A stretch of DNA of 64,000 bases from Candidatus Poseidoniales archaeon (GCA_012959275.1 DUDM01000043.1:2910-66909); one strand, 5' to 3'; positions 39,901-48,898 are shown, counted from the stretch's first letter. Notes: generated by a model not told the origin, from the sequence alone. Numbers and translations: made by a program.

Positions 39901-41452
39901 CCCTTGGTCGGAAATCGGCTTAGCGCCAAGATATACAACTCGCATCAAAGTTCTAACTTCATTCTACGAATCAACTGCCTACGGCGACGGCCAAGACCAA
40001 GAAATGGCACCCCCTGCCCCTGCAGAAATAATCCTTCCAGATTTGGAGGAATGGATAACTCTGCTCGATATCGACGATGCAATTGGAGACGATGATAGAG
40101 ATGGAGCAATCCAAATGCCATTGGCAACGGACTTCGCAAGTGACGGTAGCCTATGGGATATCCAACACTTGAAGATTTCACAAAGTTCGTGGAATGCCCG
40201 CTTCGAAGTGGAGGTTGATGACATTACAAACATCTGGGGCATGAGCAATGGATTCAGCCATCAAATTCTCCAAATCTACGTCGACCAAGGCAATAGCAGC
40301 AGTGGAAAAACTGCCATGCTAGAAGGAGCAAATGCTGTCGTAGCAGATGACTGGGCTTGGGAAGTTGCACTCTCAGCAACTGGAGAGCCAGGGGCAGTCA
40401 AGGCAGTAATGGCAGAAAGTGGAGAGACCATTTCCAAAGGAATTGAAGTATCAGCAAATAGCGATACAGACACCATCACTCTAACCGTCAACAAAGATGT
40501 CATTGGCCAAGATGTTGCAAGCTATCGGTACATCATCGTCTTAGGAAGTCAAGATGGCTTTGGCGATGGCAAATGGCGAGGAATAGATGCCAGTGCTAAG
40601 ACTTGGAGATTAGGGGGCGGTGCTGACCCAGCAAGCGATGATGGCATAGAATACGACCCCAATATTCTCGATATGATGACTCCAGAAGGTGTTGACCAGA
40701 ATGCAATGTTGGCAGATTATTCAGCAACTACTCATAAATTTGCAGCACTTACAGGAATAGAGATACCTGAATTGGAACAACAAATATTCGGAGCAACTGT
40801 TGTAGGAGCAACAGCCAGCAGCGCTATCATAGGATTCCAAACTACTCAAGCAACAACCTCGACCGTCTCGTGTGGGCAAAATACGGCAGTTGGAGCCAAT
40901 ACCACATCACATACAGTAACGGTGAATGGATTAACAACAGCAACAAATTACAGTTGTATAATCTCCGTACCTGGTATTGACAATATCAGTATTGAAGTCC
41001 AGACTTCAGCAGTCGAGGATACAACCCTGCCTGAAATTCTCAACGTGGTAGTCGTGGTCTCAGAAGATGGAGTGGCAAGTATAACTTGGTATACTTCAGA
41101 AGCCGCAACCGAAGCAATAGTCCTAACAAAAGGAAATGAAGAAATCCACATTGATGGCAGCCAAATCGCAATCTCAAAGAATCACCACCTCAGCAGTAAT
41201 ACGCCATTGTCAAGAGGTCAATGGACGGTTGGTGTAACTGCAATTGATGCGTCTGGAAATAGCAATACTAGCCATAGCGAATTCAGCGTCGAGGAAACTA
41301 CAGCAGCAACTCCAGAGGAGTCTGAAGAAAAAACAGAGACAACAAACTCGGGGAATATTTTTGCCGATACAAAGTTGCAAATTATGTTCTTAGTAGTCGT
41401 GCTATTGACAACCTTAGCAATGTTGCGCGGTAGAAGGAGCGACACCATCTAA
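36980..41452 (+). CDS. Extracellular membrane-anchored GH57-family alpha-glucan hydrolase (amylopullulanase/alpha-amylase-like), 1490 aa
   Basis: Signal peptide MMRGVALLICSILVLTPWTSLVAA. GH57 motifs LALVFHQHQPYY, TPYYHPIMPLL, ITVALDGENWMF. Long C-terminal beta-sandwich/Ig-like extensions. C-terminal TM helix IMFLVVVLLTTLAML followed by RGRRSDTI. Confidence 0.8.
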   Translation: MMRGVALLICSILVLTPWTSLVAADKDIDGSLDDWDATTLMATDSNEVSFFMDWNASHLSFAWNNTDWSNLSSGADLFIYLNTTENGAAMSKDWGFAHVLPFAADYAFILEDMNYFRLIQWNGTGWEDGEQGGINAYIANDGEKKSEISIPLTSLSSPNEFGVLSWAQNQGEGKVWTSFPPQNPAFQNAAETFTHYYQVNLSNATNPSDSPVYEDERTSVKVDNPLNLALVFHQHQPYYRNMLTGMYEMPWVRVHSMTEYVDSPGILAKYPDTKIVYNLVPSLMEQMIDYNQNETLDIHTDWARRTWPVDEDGMVTGYPEMTEYEMHNMQFQSFWNSGWIYNVSQDDEENGWLYPASLAYKGFQDRTLHNLKPATIMNDELLPPQDLLDLQVLWLLFQISPDYVRGDYADVGDPEADGRSPHFNQSIIDLFIQGSGFKPTDILMVLDYQHDQMGNVLPMYSDLAASGQVELTTTPYYHPIMPLLMKDGWTMEDGITVRKEAWPDDTAKQLTRGMDLFESQMGFRPVGMWPSEQSTSPAMIQPVVDVGVEWFVSDEENLGRSFLADGSHPDTDDASVLTSPWRVTGADGGEVSAFFRDRVISDRIAFQYGTMTPEAAVTDFLSYLDGIRDELVAAGEDPSEHIITVALDGENWMFMSEFQHHDNARPFMEEWYSRLSSHPTIQTMTPAEFLDNNNVSRDIDVINTGSWIDGTLSTWAGEEEESLAWIRLVEARKALVEFEAANPGHSGLESAWESLYISEGSDWYWWYGLDQDSGYDELWDTLFKVHLSNIYRAVDLDLPPYLLDLWTNPATPEESANAIIEPMIDGIALAGEWDGAAIYDASSIDGGDLDISKFYLGYDSSNVHIRVDLANATPAEIDTWSDKNVDLSIYFMQSNAINFNEVETNFRTYYGNEILGFPAKYMVSFDFSELRDDGRAKWNLFEAKGKVGEKEKWNLIATSNLGACAAKDVYEFSIPWSEIGLAPRYTTRIKVLTSFYESTAYGDGQDQEMAPPAPAEIILPDLEEWITLLDIDDAIGDDDRDGAIQMPLATDFASDGSLWDIQHLKISQSSWNARFEVEVDDITNIWGMSNGFSHQILQIYVDQGNSSSGKTAMLEGANAVVADDWAWEVALSATGEPGAVKAVMAESGETISKGIEVSANSDTDTITLTVNKDVIGQDVASYRYIIVLGSQDGFGDGKWRGIDASAKTWRLGGGADPASDDGIEYDPNILDMMTPEGVDQNAMLADYSATTHKFAALTGIEIPELEQQIFGATVVGATASSAIIGFQTTQATTSTVSCGQNTAVGANTTSHTVTVNGLTTATNYSCIISVPGIDNISIEVQTSAVEDTTLPEILNVVVVVSEDGVASITWYTSEAATEAIVLTKGNEEIHIDGSQIAISKNHHLSSNTPLSRGQWTVGVTAIDASGNSNTSHSEFSVEETTAATPEESEEKTETTNSGNIFADTKLQIMFLVVVLLTTLAMLRGRRSDTI

Positions 41453-42985
41453 TCAGGCGAATGGAATAGATGCAGTTTTGTGAGTTCCCAAATTCACCAC
41501 CGTCAATATACAGGGTTGTGGCTGGAAACCCAGCATTCTCTGGTAGGAAGTCTGGTCCTGCCAAGTCGAAGAACAAACTAAAGTAGTCCCTTTGTGATTG
41601 ATACAGGAATGCCCATGCACGTGGCCAGTTACAAAAATATCCGGAATCGTCGAGATAACCAAATTATCTTGAGGCTCCGGCGAAAGAGGAGTCTTACCTC
41701 CCCATTGAGGCGCCAAATGCCTCTGCAGCATCATCTGCTTCATCGCATCAACTGGAGAGCCATAGGTGATTGTCCTCATGCCGGCAACGAAATCGTCGAT
41801 ACTCTTGCCATGATAGGACAGTAGGCGTACGCCATGCAGTGAAAACTCACAGGGATTGCCAACAAATTTTGTAGTATTGTAGTCTTGTTGAATATCTGGT
41901 TCCAAGGCTGGTTGAGGTTCTGCGGGTCTCACAGCATCGTGGTTTCCCGGCAATAGGATACATTCAACCCAATCAGGAAGCAACTCGATGAGGCGGGCAA
42001 AGTGAGAATATTGATGATACAAATCGGTTATTGCCAATTCCTTGTCTTGATTAGGATAAATACCAACTCCATCAACCACATCACCTGATAGAATCAGATA
42101 CTTGATGGTGTGCCCAAGTGGGTCTTCTCGCATCCATTGTGCCATCTTATACCACTGATCTTCCAAGAAGGTCTTGGAGCCGACGTGGATATCAGAAAGA
42201 AAAGCAACGCTAACGCCTTGTTCAGCATTAACGCGTTGACGGTTGGGTAAGTCAGGCCAATGTAGGTCTGAGATGTAAAATAAATCACCATCTCGGCTGA
42301 ACGAACCAGAAACGCCAATCACATTATCGGGAAGTATTCCAGAAGTAACTACTGGATTTGGGTCCTCATCATCCTTGCGCAATAAGCAGGTCATGGCGCC
42401 CGTATGGTCCTCCAAATCGAAGATTAGATGGCCATTTTTCGTGCTTCGCGGTTCGTTAACCAGACCTATAGCACAAGCGATATTTTCGTAGCCAGTGAAG
42501 CGAATACGCTCGGATTGTAGGCGAGCAATATCGCTGCAACGAGTAGGCAATCCGGCTTTGACTATCATTTGTTTGATTTTTTTCAAGCGGTCATTGAAGC
42601 AAGAGCGAATATCATCCATACGCCCTTCAGTAACGCTATTTCCGGTAATCTCCCAATGCACTTCAATGTCCGAAGAGGCATCTGTCGCTTTCATTGGAAA
42701 ATCATCCATGTTATAATCCGCCAAGCCATGAATCTTGAACACCGGCACGGGCGCGGTTTCAACCAAAGGCGCAATTACACGCGCTAAGTCGGCAGGGCTT
42801 TCATCGAGCACCTTCACAGGTGCCCCGAAATCCTCAAGTTTGAGAAATCCAGGCTCTGCTTTTTCTACGATAGACATCGGGTTATCCATCTCAAGCAATT
42901 TTTCTTTGACACCGCGTTTGATGAGGATACCATTGGCCATGCAATATTGGAGGATATCCTGCCAATCCGCCTGCGCCATAGCCAC
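41453..42985 (-). CDS. polB: DNA polymerase II (PolD) small subunit DP1 (calcineurin-like phosphoesterase/exonuclease)
   Basis: N-terminal DP1 domain, OB fold, and metallophosphatase motifs VAFLSDIHVGS, ILSGDVVDGVGIYP, LLPGNHDAVR, GHVHGHS. 510 aa. Confidence 0.85.
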   Translation of the reverse strand: MAMAQADWQDILQYCMANGILIKRGVKEKLLEMDNPMSIVEKAEPGFLKLEDFGAPVKVLDESPADLARVIAPLVETAPVPVFKIHGLADYNMDDFPMKATDASSDIEVHWEITGNSVTEGRMDDIRSCFNDRLKKIKQMIVKAGLPTRCSDIARLQSERIRFTGYENIACAIGLVNEPRSTKNGHLIFDLEDHTGAMTCLLRKDDEDPNPVVTSGILPDNVIGVSGSFSRDGDLFYISDLHWPDLPNRQRVNAEQGVSVAFLSDIHVGSKTFLEDQWYKMAQWMREDPLGHTIKYLILSGDVVDGVGIYPNQDKELAITDLYHQYSHFARLIELLPDWVECILLPGNHDAVRPAEPQPALEPDIQQDYNTTKFVGNPCEFSLHGVRLLSYHGKSIDDFVAGMRTITYGSPVDAMKQMMLQRHLAPQWGGKTPLSPEPQDNLVISTIPDIFVTGHVHGHSCINHKGTTLVCSSTWQDQTSYQRMLGFQPQPCILTVVNLGTHKTASIPFA

Positions 42986-43053
42986 AACCCTGTTGAGGGG
43001 CTCTTCAAGGCTTTCGATGTCGAACAGTCAAAATCCTTAACAGAATCAAAGGG

Positions 43054-43737
43054 CTATTTTTCCCATTCGACATCTCCACCAATGTCGCGGTCAGCCTTTA
43101 CGGGTCGGTCCCATACTTGTTCTTGCCAAGGTGCAGAGGCCTTTGCTTTTGCTTCTGCAATCAGTCGCTTGAGGCGCTTTTCTTCTTCGATAACACGAGT
43201 AGCTTCACGCTTTTGAACATCCTCTGCTTCCATTTTCGCATCTTTATCTCGCATTAAATCCCATTGTCGGATTGCGAATTGCAAAGCAAAGGCTACGAAT
43301 GATTCTTTGTTTTCTTGGCGTGAACCGCCAAATCGGGCTTGTTTTGTGCGCTCACCTTCTTCTGTTGAAACGCCAACATAAACGATGCCTATCGGTTTAT
43401 TAGTTTCATCAGCCTTTGGCCCTGCGATTCCAGTTATTGAAATGGCGAAAGTTGTACCTGCTCTTTCACGGGCTCCTTTGGCCATAGCCATCGCTACATC
43501 CGAAGAGACTGCACCATGTTCTGCTAACATTTCAACTCCGACGCCTAAATGTCGATGCTTAGCCTCGTTGGTATAGGTAATCCATGATTGGCGGTACCAA
43601 GCACTCGCCCCAGATAAATCGGTTAAAGTGCTAGAAAGCAGACCGCCTGTGCATGACTCTGCGCATGAAATGGTTCCCTCGACACCTTTCAGCCGGCGCC
43701 CTAATCGAGCAGCCAAGGCACTAACAGCCTCATCCAT
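43054..43737 (-). CDS. CinA C-terminal domain protein (PncC-like NMN deamidase family) with K/E-rich C-terminal extension
   Basis: ISCAESCTGGLLSSTLTDLSGAS...GAVSSDVAMAMAKGARER...ISITGIAGP...PIGIVYVGV matches the CinA_C/PncC signature. About 70 aa of charged low-complexity tail. Confidence 0.65.
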   Translation of the reverse strand: MDEAVSALAARLGRRLKGVEGTISCAESCTGGLLSSTLTDLSGASAWYRQSWITYTNEAKHRHLGVGVEMLAEHGAVSSDVAMAMAKGARERAGTTFAISITGIAGPKADETNKPIGIVYVGVSTEEGERTKQARFGGSRQENKESFVAFALQFAIRQWDLMRDKDAKMEAEDVQKREATRVIEEEKRLKRLIAEAKAKASAPWQEQVWDRPVKADRDIGGDVEWEK

Positions 43738-43819
43738 ATATTGTTTGTAGAGCCATCTTATTCATCAAGGTTGGCTTGCCGACGATTTGAAGGGGGATAG
43801 GTGCAGCCCAAGGCTTGTA

Positions 43820-43892
43820 GGGCCCGTGGTCTAGTGGTTATGACAACGCCCTTACAAGGCGTGGATCACCGGTTCAAATCCGGTCGGGCCCA
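43820..43892 (+). tRNA. tRNA-Val (anticodon UAC)
   Basis: GGGCCCG/CGGGCCC acceptor, anticodon stem ACGCC/GGCGU with loop CUUACAA (UAC), T-arm ACCGG-UUCAAAU-CCGGU, discriminator A. 73 nt, no encoded CCA. Confidence 0.85.
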
Positions 43893-44015
43893 CTAAAAGT
43901 TGCTAACAGCCTCGGCAATGAAGGGATTTGCACTCAACTGAGCAATTCATGGGAAGAACCCTCAAGGGTGGATGTCTACAAAACCTTTGAATGGCAGTTC
44001 TAGCCACCGTATAGG

Positions 44016-46331
44016 GTGCAGTCGCGCTGGTACCTCACCCTGCTAGGAATCTTCATTCTCATTTGCAATATTTCAGGAGTATTGGCTGTTGATACAGATG
44101 GCGATGGTGTTGATGATGAATTAGATTCATTCCCTTTCGATTCAAGTCAGCAATTAGATAGTGATTTTGATGGCTTTGGAGATAGTCCAGTTGGCAATAA
44201 TTCAGACGATTGCCCTTCGGAATATGGTACAAGTCTGACTGAAAATCTTGGTTGTGTTGACGATGATGGAGATGGGATACGAAATAGCGATGATCAATTC
44301 CCTTTTGATGACCAACAATGGCTTGACCGCGATGGTGATGGTTTTGGAGATAATTTGGTGGGAGAATATGGAGATGCATGTCCTGATGAAGCCAATAAAG
44401 GCAATCATGGATGTGCTGAAAGGCAGCAAGCGAAGGCTGAAAAAATCCAAGGTGAGGCCGGAACTCCAATCTTTAACCTCTCAATTTTAATCTCGATTGT
44501 AGTGGGAGTTATTGTTGGAATAAAACTTCCAAAAATTTCAGATGCAGAAAATATGTGGCAGCAAGAGAATGATAAACCATTACTCAGTATTTTATTTGGA
44601 GTTCTTCTTCTTACATCATTAATTCCTGCATTTGCTCTACTTACAGACGTAGCAGCTGATGGGACAGGGGTGGATGGGGTAGAAATTTGGTTTGATGATA
44701 ATCACACCTATCTGGCATGGTGGGGAGATGAAGAAGGTAACACGGAAGGGTTTTGGGTTTATTATGAGGTAGAAACAAATGAAACGGATGATGTTGAGTT
44801 GCGCGTTCAGGCAAACATTACAATTCAGGCTGAGCCTGAGCATTCGATTAATGAGAGAACAGAAATTATATTTTACCATACTAATATTTCTAATTCAACT
44901 CCTGATGCAGAGGTTCCAATTCCGATAACCCCTTGGGCGGTTGGAAGCTATACTGCTGAGTTATGGGTTCAAAGAATTATAGATGGTATTCCGTCGGGTG
45001 ATGAACTGACTGACTATTTTGATAACCAAACAATATATGTGGAACAAATGGATCACTACCCCACTATGGAAGCAGTAGTCGAGGGAGAACTATTGGATGG
45101 ACTTCCATGTTCTTTTCAGGTGGAAATAAATGATAAGGTTGGAGAGGATTGGGATAAGGAAGGGAGTTGGGATGTGATTTCATTTGCTGGAATACCAATC
45201 GAAGGATCAGATCCTCCAAGGTATGATTGCCAAAATGCTGGTGATGGGGTACATGACTTTGAATTTACATACACTTCATATTTTGGTGATATCACGACTG
45301 TTTTATTCAGCATCAACATTATTTTACAATCCGAGGATGATGGCTATTGCGACAATGGAGAAGAGCGCGACGAAATGGGGTATTGTCCTGGTGAGCGTGT
45401 TAGCAGTCTACTAATTTTTGACACGGACCCTCTTTCAGAGTCCTTCCTAAACCTTACCGCCGAGATACAAAGTTCAAATTTGGTAATAGGAGATTCATAT
45501 GACGTAGATTACTACTTGTGGCATTCAGGAGTTGATTCAGAAGCCCCGCTCGATACGGGTTATTACGCGTTTCCCGCCCTCTCAGAAGAATACGAAGAAT
45601 GGGATGAATGGACCTTAAGTGACCCTGAAAGCGCGACTGGTATTATTGATAGAGGCGAAACATATTGTCTTAGAGTGGAGTTGTGGGAGGTTATGGATGA
45701 GGGACACCCTAATGACCCACTTGCATTGGATAATTCTTCTTGTGTAACTATACCTTATTTTGAAGCGGAAAGCAATAGCACTGGAGAGGAAAACAATAGC
45801 ATTGGAGGGAGTGAAGACCCATTGAAAACACCTCCTTTAATTCCGGTTGATGTGTCGCTTTCATCAGAAATATTTACTCTTTTTGAGGCAAATGAATGTT
45901 GGCTTAACCTAAGCGTAAATGAATGGACAAATACTAGCAGTATTGTTATCAAAGGAAGCCCTATTGCTGGTATTAAGAACTCTAATAATCTGACTATTGA
46001 CTGTTCAAACTGGCCGGTTGGTGTCCACCATTTAAGCCTCAATTCTAGTGCCACTAATGGCCAATATCAAGTGTCTATGGTTTCTTTAATCATCGAAGAT
46101 GAAGAGTTAGTTGCATTGTCAAATACTGCACAACTCGTCGATGAATTGGAATCAACATCCATTGGAAAGGTACTTGGAACTCTGATAGGACTTTGCGTTG
46201 GAATAATGGCTGCTGTTGCGATTGTAGTTGGAGTAATTTATTCTCGAATGAATAGAATAGTCAGCATAGATATTGAAGAAGGTGCTGGAGTCATGATGAA
46301 CTTTCAGCATAACTCCAAACTAAGGGAATAA
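44016..46331 (+). CDS. Surface/membrane protein with thrombospondin-type-3-like calcium-binding repeats and C-terminal TM anchor (771 aa)
   Basis: Signal peptide MQSRWYLTLLGIFILICNISGVLA. Repeated DxDGDGxxDxxDxFPxD motifs (DTDGDGVDDELDSFPFD, DDDGDGIRNSDDQFPFD, DRDGDGFGDN). Internal TM segments. C-terminal helix VLGTLIGLCVGIMAAVAIVVGVIY. Confidence 0.7.
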   Translation: MQSRWYLTLLGIFILICNISGVLAVDTDGDGVDDELDSFPFDSSQQLDSDFDGFGDSPVGNNSDDCPSEYGTSLTENLGCVDDDGDGIRNSDDQFPFDDQQWLDRDGDGFGDNLVGEYGDACPDEANKGNHGCAERQQAKAEKIQGEAGTPIFNLSILISIVVGVIVGIKLPKISDAENMWQQENDKPLLSILFGVLLLTSLIPAFALLTDVAADGTGVDGVEIWFDDNHTYLAWWGDEEGNTEGFWVYYEVETNETDDVELRVQANITIQAEPEHSINERTEIIFYHTNISNSTPDAEVPIPITPWAVGSYTAELWVQRIIDGIPSGDELTDYFDNQTIYVEQMDHYPTMEAVVEGELLDGLPCSFQVEINDKVGEDWDKEGSWDVISFAGIPIEGSDPPRYDCQNAGDGVHDFEFTYTSYFGDITTVLFSINIILQSEDDGYCDNGEERDEMGYCPGERVSSLLIFDTDPLSESFLNLTAEIQSSNLVIGDSYDVDYYLWHSGVDSEAPLDTGYYAFPALSEEYEEWDEWTLSDPESATGIIDRGETYCLRVELWEVMDEGHPNDPLALDNSSCVTIPYFEAESNSTGEENNSIGGSEDPLKTPPLIPVDVSLSSEIFTLFEANECWLNLSVNEWTNTSSIVIKGSPIAGIKNSNNLTIDCSNWPVGVHHLSLNSSATNGQYQVSMVSLIIEDEELVALSNTAQLVDELESTSIGKVLGTLIGLCVGIMAAVAIVVGVIYSRMNRIVSIDIEEGAGVMMNFQHNSKLRE

Positions 46332-46339
46332 TCTGAAAT

Positions 46340-47821
46340 CTATTCAGAGAATAGGGCTTGTTGTTCTATATCATCCATAGACCCTAAAGCACCACCAATA
46401 CCAACCGCATCCATGCCAATTCCAAACATCTTCTCAACATCTTCAGCCATAACACCACCAACCGGAATCAACACAACCTCAGGCATTAATTCCCTAATCT
46501 TCACCATTTCCACTATTCTCCAATCATTTTTCGAATGGAAGAGTTTCAAGCAAACAGCCCCTTGGGAGACTGCCGCTTCTGCTTCCTCGATACTAGAAAC
46601 TCCCGGAATTGCCAATGAATTGAACATCTTACATTCCTCGATAAATCCTTTAGGGTTATTTGGAGAAAGGAAGAATCTGGCCCCTCTCCTATATGACTTC
46701 AATACTACTTCGGTAGGTATCTGTACGGTGCCGACTCCCTTCAGTATTTCCTTTTCTCTGATGCTACCTAGGAGCCGGATACAATCGGGAGTATCGAGTG
46801 AAATTTCGATGCACTGTGCTCCATTATCGAGAACCCTTCTCGCTTCTTTTTCCGCTATTTCCCTTGAAGATGAACGGATAATTGGGATGATTCCAGCATT
46901 GACAATTCCGCTTATTGTTTCAAATTCAGCGCTTTGGCAATCGACATTATTTGAAAGGAAAAAGTCACCGAATGTAGATTGTTGAATGACCGCAATCACA
47001 TCAGCATTCTTCTCATTTTGAATAACCCCTGCTACCCATGCATCGCCCGAACCGAGATGTTCAATGGGTCTGTGAAGGATTTTATTCTCTCTCGATGATT
47101 CTACTTCCGAAGGAGTTGCAACTATCGACCAGCGCTTTTGCCAGCCCTGTAGCCTCCCAGTTTGAGTTTCTTTGAAAGTACATCCAACTCTATTGATGAG
47201 CCACTTACGGGCAATTTGTTTGCAAATTTCTTCTTCGCTCCCCGACATGCCTTCTTTGGAGGCGATCCAATGGAGGTCTTGTTCTGACATCGATAGGAGG
47301 TGGACTTTGCGAAGATGTGGCTCAATAACATCCCACAGTTCATCTCGACTACAAAGGGCTGGTCGATGATTGATGTCGAGGCTCAATTTTATGTCGTCAA
47401 GTTCAGAAAATATCATCACTCTATTCCAGAGTGCTCTTGGACCCTGCCCAAGAAATGGCGTGATACCAGTTAGGTGCACCCATTCATGCCCTTGCATGAA
47501 AGTTCGAATATTGATATCGTCTGGGTCCATCAATGCGAAGGCAGAACCTTCTCTCTGGTATTGCACTCTTTGCTCATCCTCAATTACAGTGTATTTGCCA
47601 ACCTCTCCATCATTTCTAATTATCACTGATTCGACACCAGTCCGAGATATAGCAGCAATCATTCCTTCATCATTTTCGGGCAGCACACTAAGCCAAGTGG
47701 TTTTCCAACCAAGGGAACTAAGGGCAACTGCGACGTTTAGTTCGGCTCCGCCAATACTTTGTTTTCCAGTCTTTGACATGTAGCGCTTCATCGCTTCACC
47801 GATGCAGATGATTCTTGCCAT
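46340..47821 (-). CDS. Bifunctional fusion: PfkB-family 2-keto-3-deoxygluconate kinase (N-terminal) / KDPG (KHG) aldolase Eda (C-terminal)
   Basis: N-terminal half: ribokinase/PfkB fold with IICIGEAM..., and the GSGDAWVAGVI anion-hole motif (cf. KdgK AAGDSFSAGYL). C-terminal about 200 aa aligns to Eda (IPIIRSS / GAQCIEISLDTP / GVGTV / GARFFLSPN / IPGVSSIEE / KLFHS / IPVGGV versus E. coli VPVIVV / GVRVLEVTLRT / GAGTV / GAQFAISPG / IPGISTVSE / KFFPA / CPTGGI). Confidence 0.75.
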   Translation of the reverse strand: MARIICIGEAMKRYMSKTGKQSIGGAELNVAVALSSLGWKTTWLSVLPENDEGMIAAISRTGVESVIIRNDGEVGKYTVIEDEQRVQYQREGSAFALMDPDDINIRTFMQGHEWVHLTGITPFLGQGPRALWNRVMIFSELDDIKLSLDINHRPALCSRDELWDVIEPHLRKVHLLSMSEQDLHWIASKEGMSGSEEEICKQIARKWLINRVGCTFKETQTGRLQGWQKRWSIVATPSEVESSRENKILHRPIEHLGSGDAWVAGVIQNEKNADVIAVIQQSTFGDFFLSNNVDCQSAEFETISGIVNAGIIPIIRSSSREIAEKEARRVLDNGAQCIEISLDTPDCIRLLGSIREKEILKGVGTVQIPTEVVLKSYRRGARFFLSPNNPKGFIEECKMFNSLAIPGVSSIEEAEAAVSQGAVCLKLFHSKNDWRIVEMVKIRELMPEVVLIPVGGVMAEDVEKMFGIGMDAVGIGGALGSMDDIEQQALFSE

Positions 47822-47830
47822 CTTAGCAAC

Positions 47831-48886
47831 TCACATTTTGAAGCGTAATAAAGCCACGGCTCCACCAAAGCCGAGTAATTGTTGTCCGGCATCGTGCTCG
47901 GTTGAGCATTGTTGGACCGTGGCATTGATGTCGGCCAAATCATCTACCCATTTGCTCCAACTTTCGCCATTAATTTTATCTTCTGAACGAAGTAAATCAG
48001 CACTGATGAGTAGAGTTTCCACGGCACCTTCTTCGAGGGCTTTTTGCAATTGCTCCTTGCCATAAGCAACTGGGCCATCGACTGCTAGGCGCCGCCAGCA
48101 TTCCTCAAGTAATCCGATTTCTTTGACCAAACCATGTTCTTCGAGTAATTCCCCTGCCAACCCTTCTGCCAATACTTCGTTGACTCCTGAGCGTCCGCCA
48201 ATTGAAGTCCCCACCGTTTTCAGAGTTCTTCCAGTATGTTTCATTTCAGAGAGTAATGCCTCTCTTGCAAGGCCAGGGCCGGCTAATAATAGCGCTACCT
48301 TTTCGGGTAATTGTAGGTGCAAATCCTTGGCGACTTTTGCTCTAAATGAATCTTGGACTTCTTGACTGGCTCGTATCCCTCCGCTGTATTTTCCTCCACC
48401 GCGCATGGTGAATTGAGCAACTTCTCTGATTCCGTGTAATGCTAATTCGTAGAGCGTAATTTCATCGTGTTCGACAATTGCAATTGCCAATCTTGATTCT
48501 CCGCTGGCTTTGCTGGCTTTTTCCAAAAGGTCCCAGTCTACTTGGGGGAATGATTCGGCTGTTATTTCCACCTCATCCCCAACTGCAATCATGTGGGTGT
48601 GGTGACTACCCTTGTCGATTTGTGCTTTTTCGATAATCCCGTGCACTCTCAGAGTTTCGCTAAAGGCTTGGACTTCATGTGACTCAACTCGTAGAACAAT
48701 CCACATTCTTTTTCGCTCGGCGACTTTCGCTCTCCCGCCTTCTTGACCAGCGGTAGTTTGGTCTCGTCGCTCTCCAAGCATCCCGAGTAATCTGCCCTTT
48801 CTGCAAAGGTGAGCAAGGCTCCACAAATCATCTTCGCTTCGAACCCTGATTCTCATCAATTCTTCAGAGCGTTTGATAATTTGCAT
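47831..48886 (-). CDS. pelA: Pelota (Dom34 homolog), mRNA surveillance/ribosome rescue factor
   Basis: 351 aa. N-terminal MQIIKRSEELMRIRVRSEDDLWSLAHL and eRF1-like central and C-terminal domains typical of archaeal Pelota. Confidence 0.85.
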   Translation of the reverse strand: MQIIKRSEELMRIRVRSEDDLWSLAHLCRKGRLLGMLGERRDQTTAGQEGGRAKVAERKRMWIVLRVESHEVQAFSETLRVHGIIEKAQIDKGSHHTHMIAVGDEVEITAESFPQVDWDLLEKASKASGESRLAIAIVEHDEITLYELALHGIREVAQFTMRGGGKYSGGIRASQEVQDSFRAKVAKDLHLQLPEKVALLLAGPGLAREALLSEMKHTGRTLKTVGTSIGGRSGVNEVLAEGLAGELLEEHGLVKEIGLLEECWRRLAVDGPVAYGKEQLQKALEEGAVETLLISADLLRSEDKINGESWSKWVDDLADINATVQQCSTEHDAGQQLLGFGGAVALLRFKM

Positions 48887-48898
48887 CGCATCACCAAA

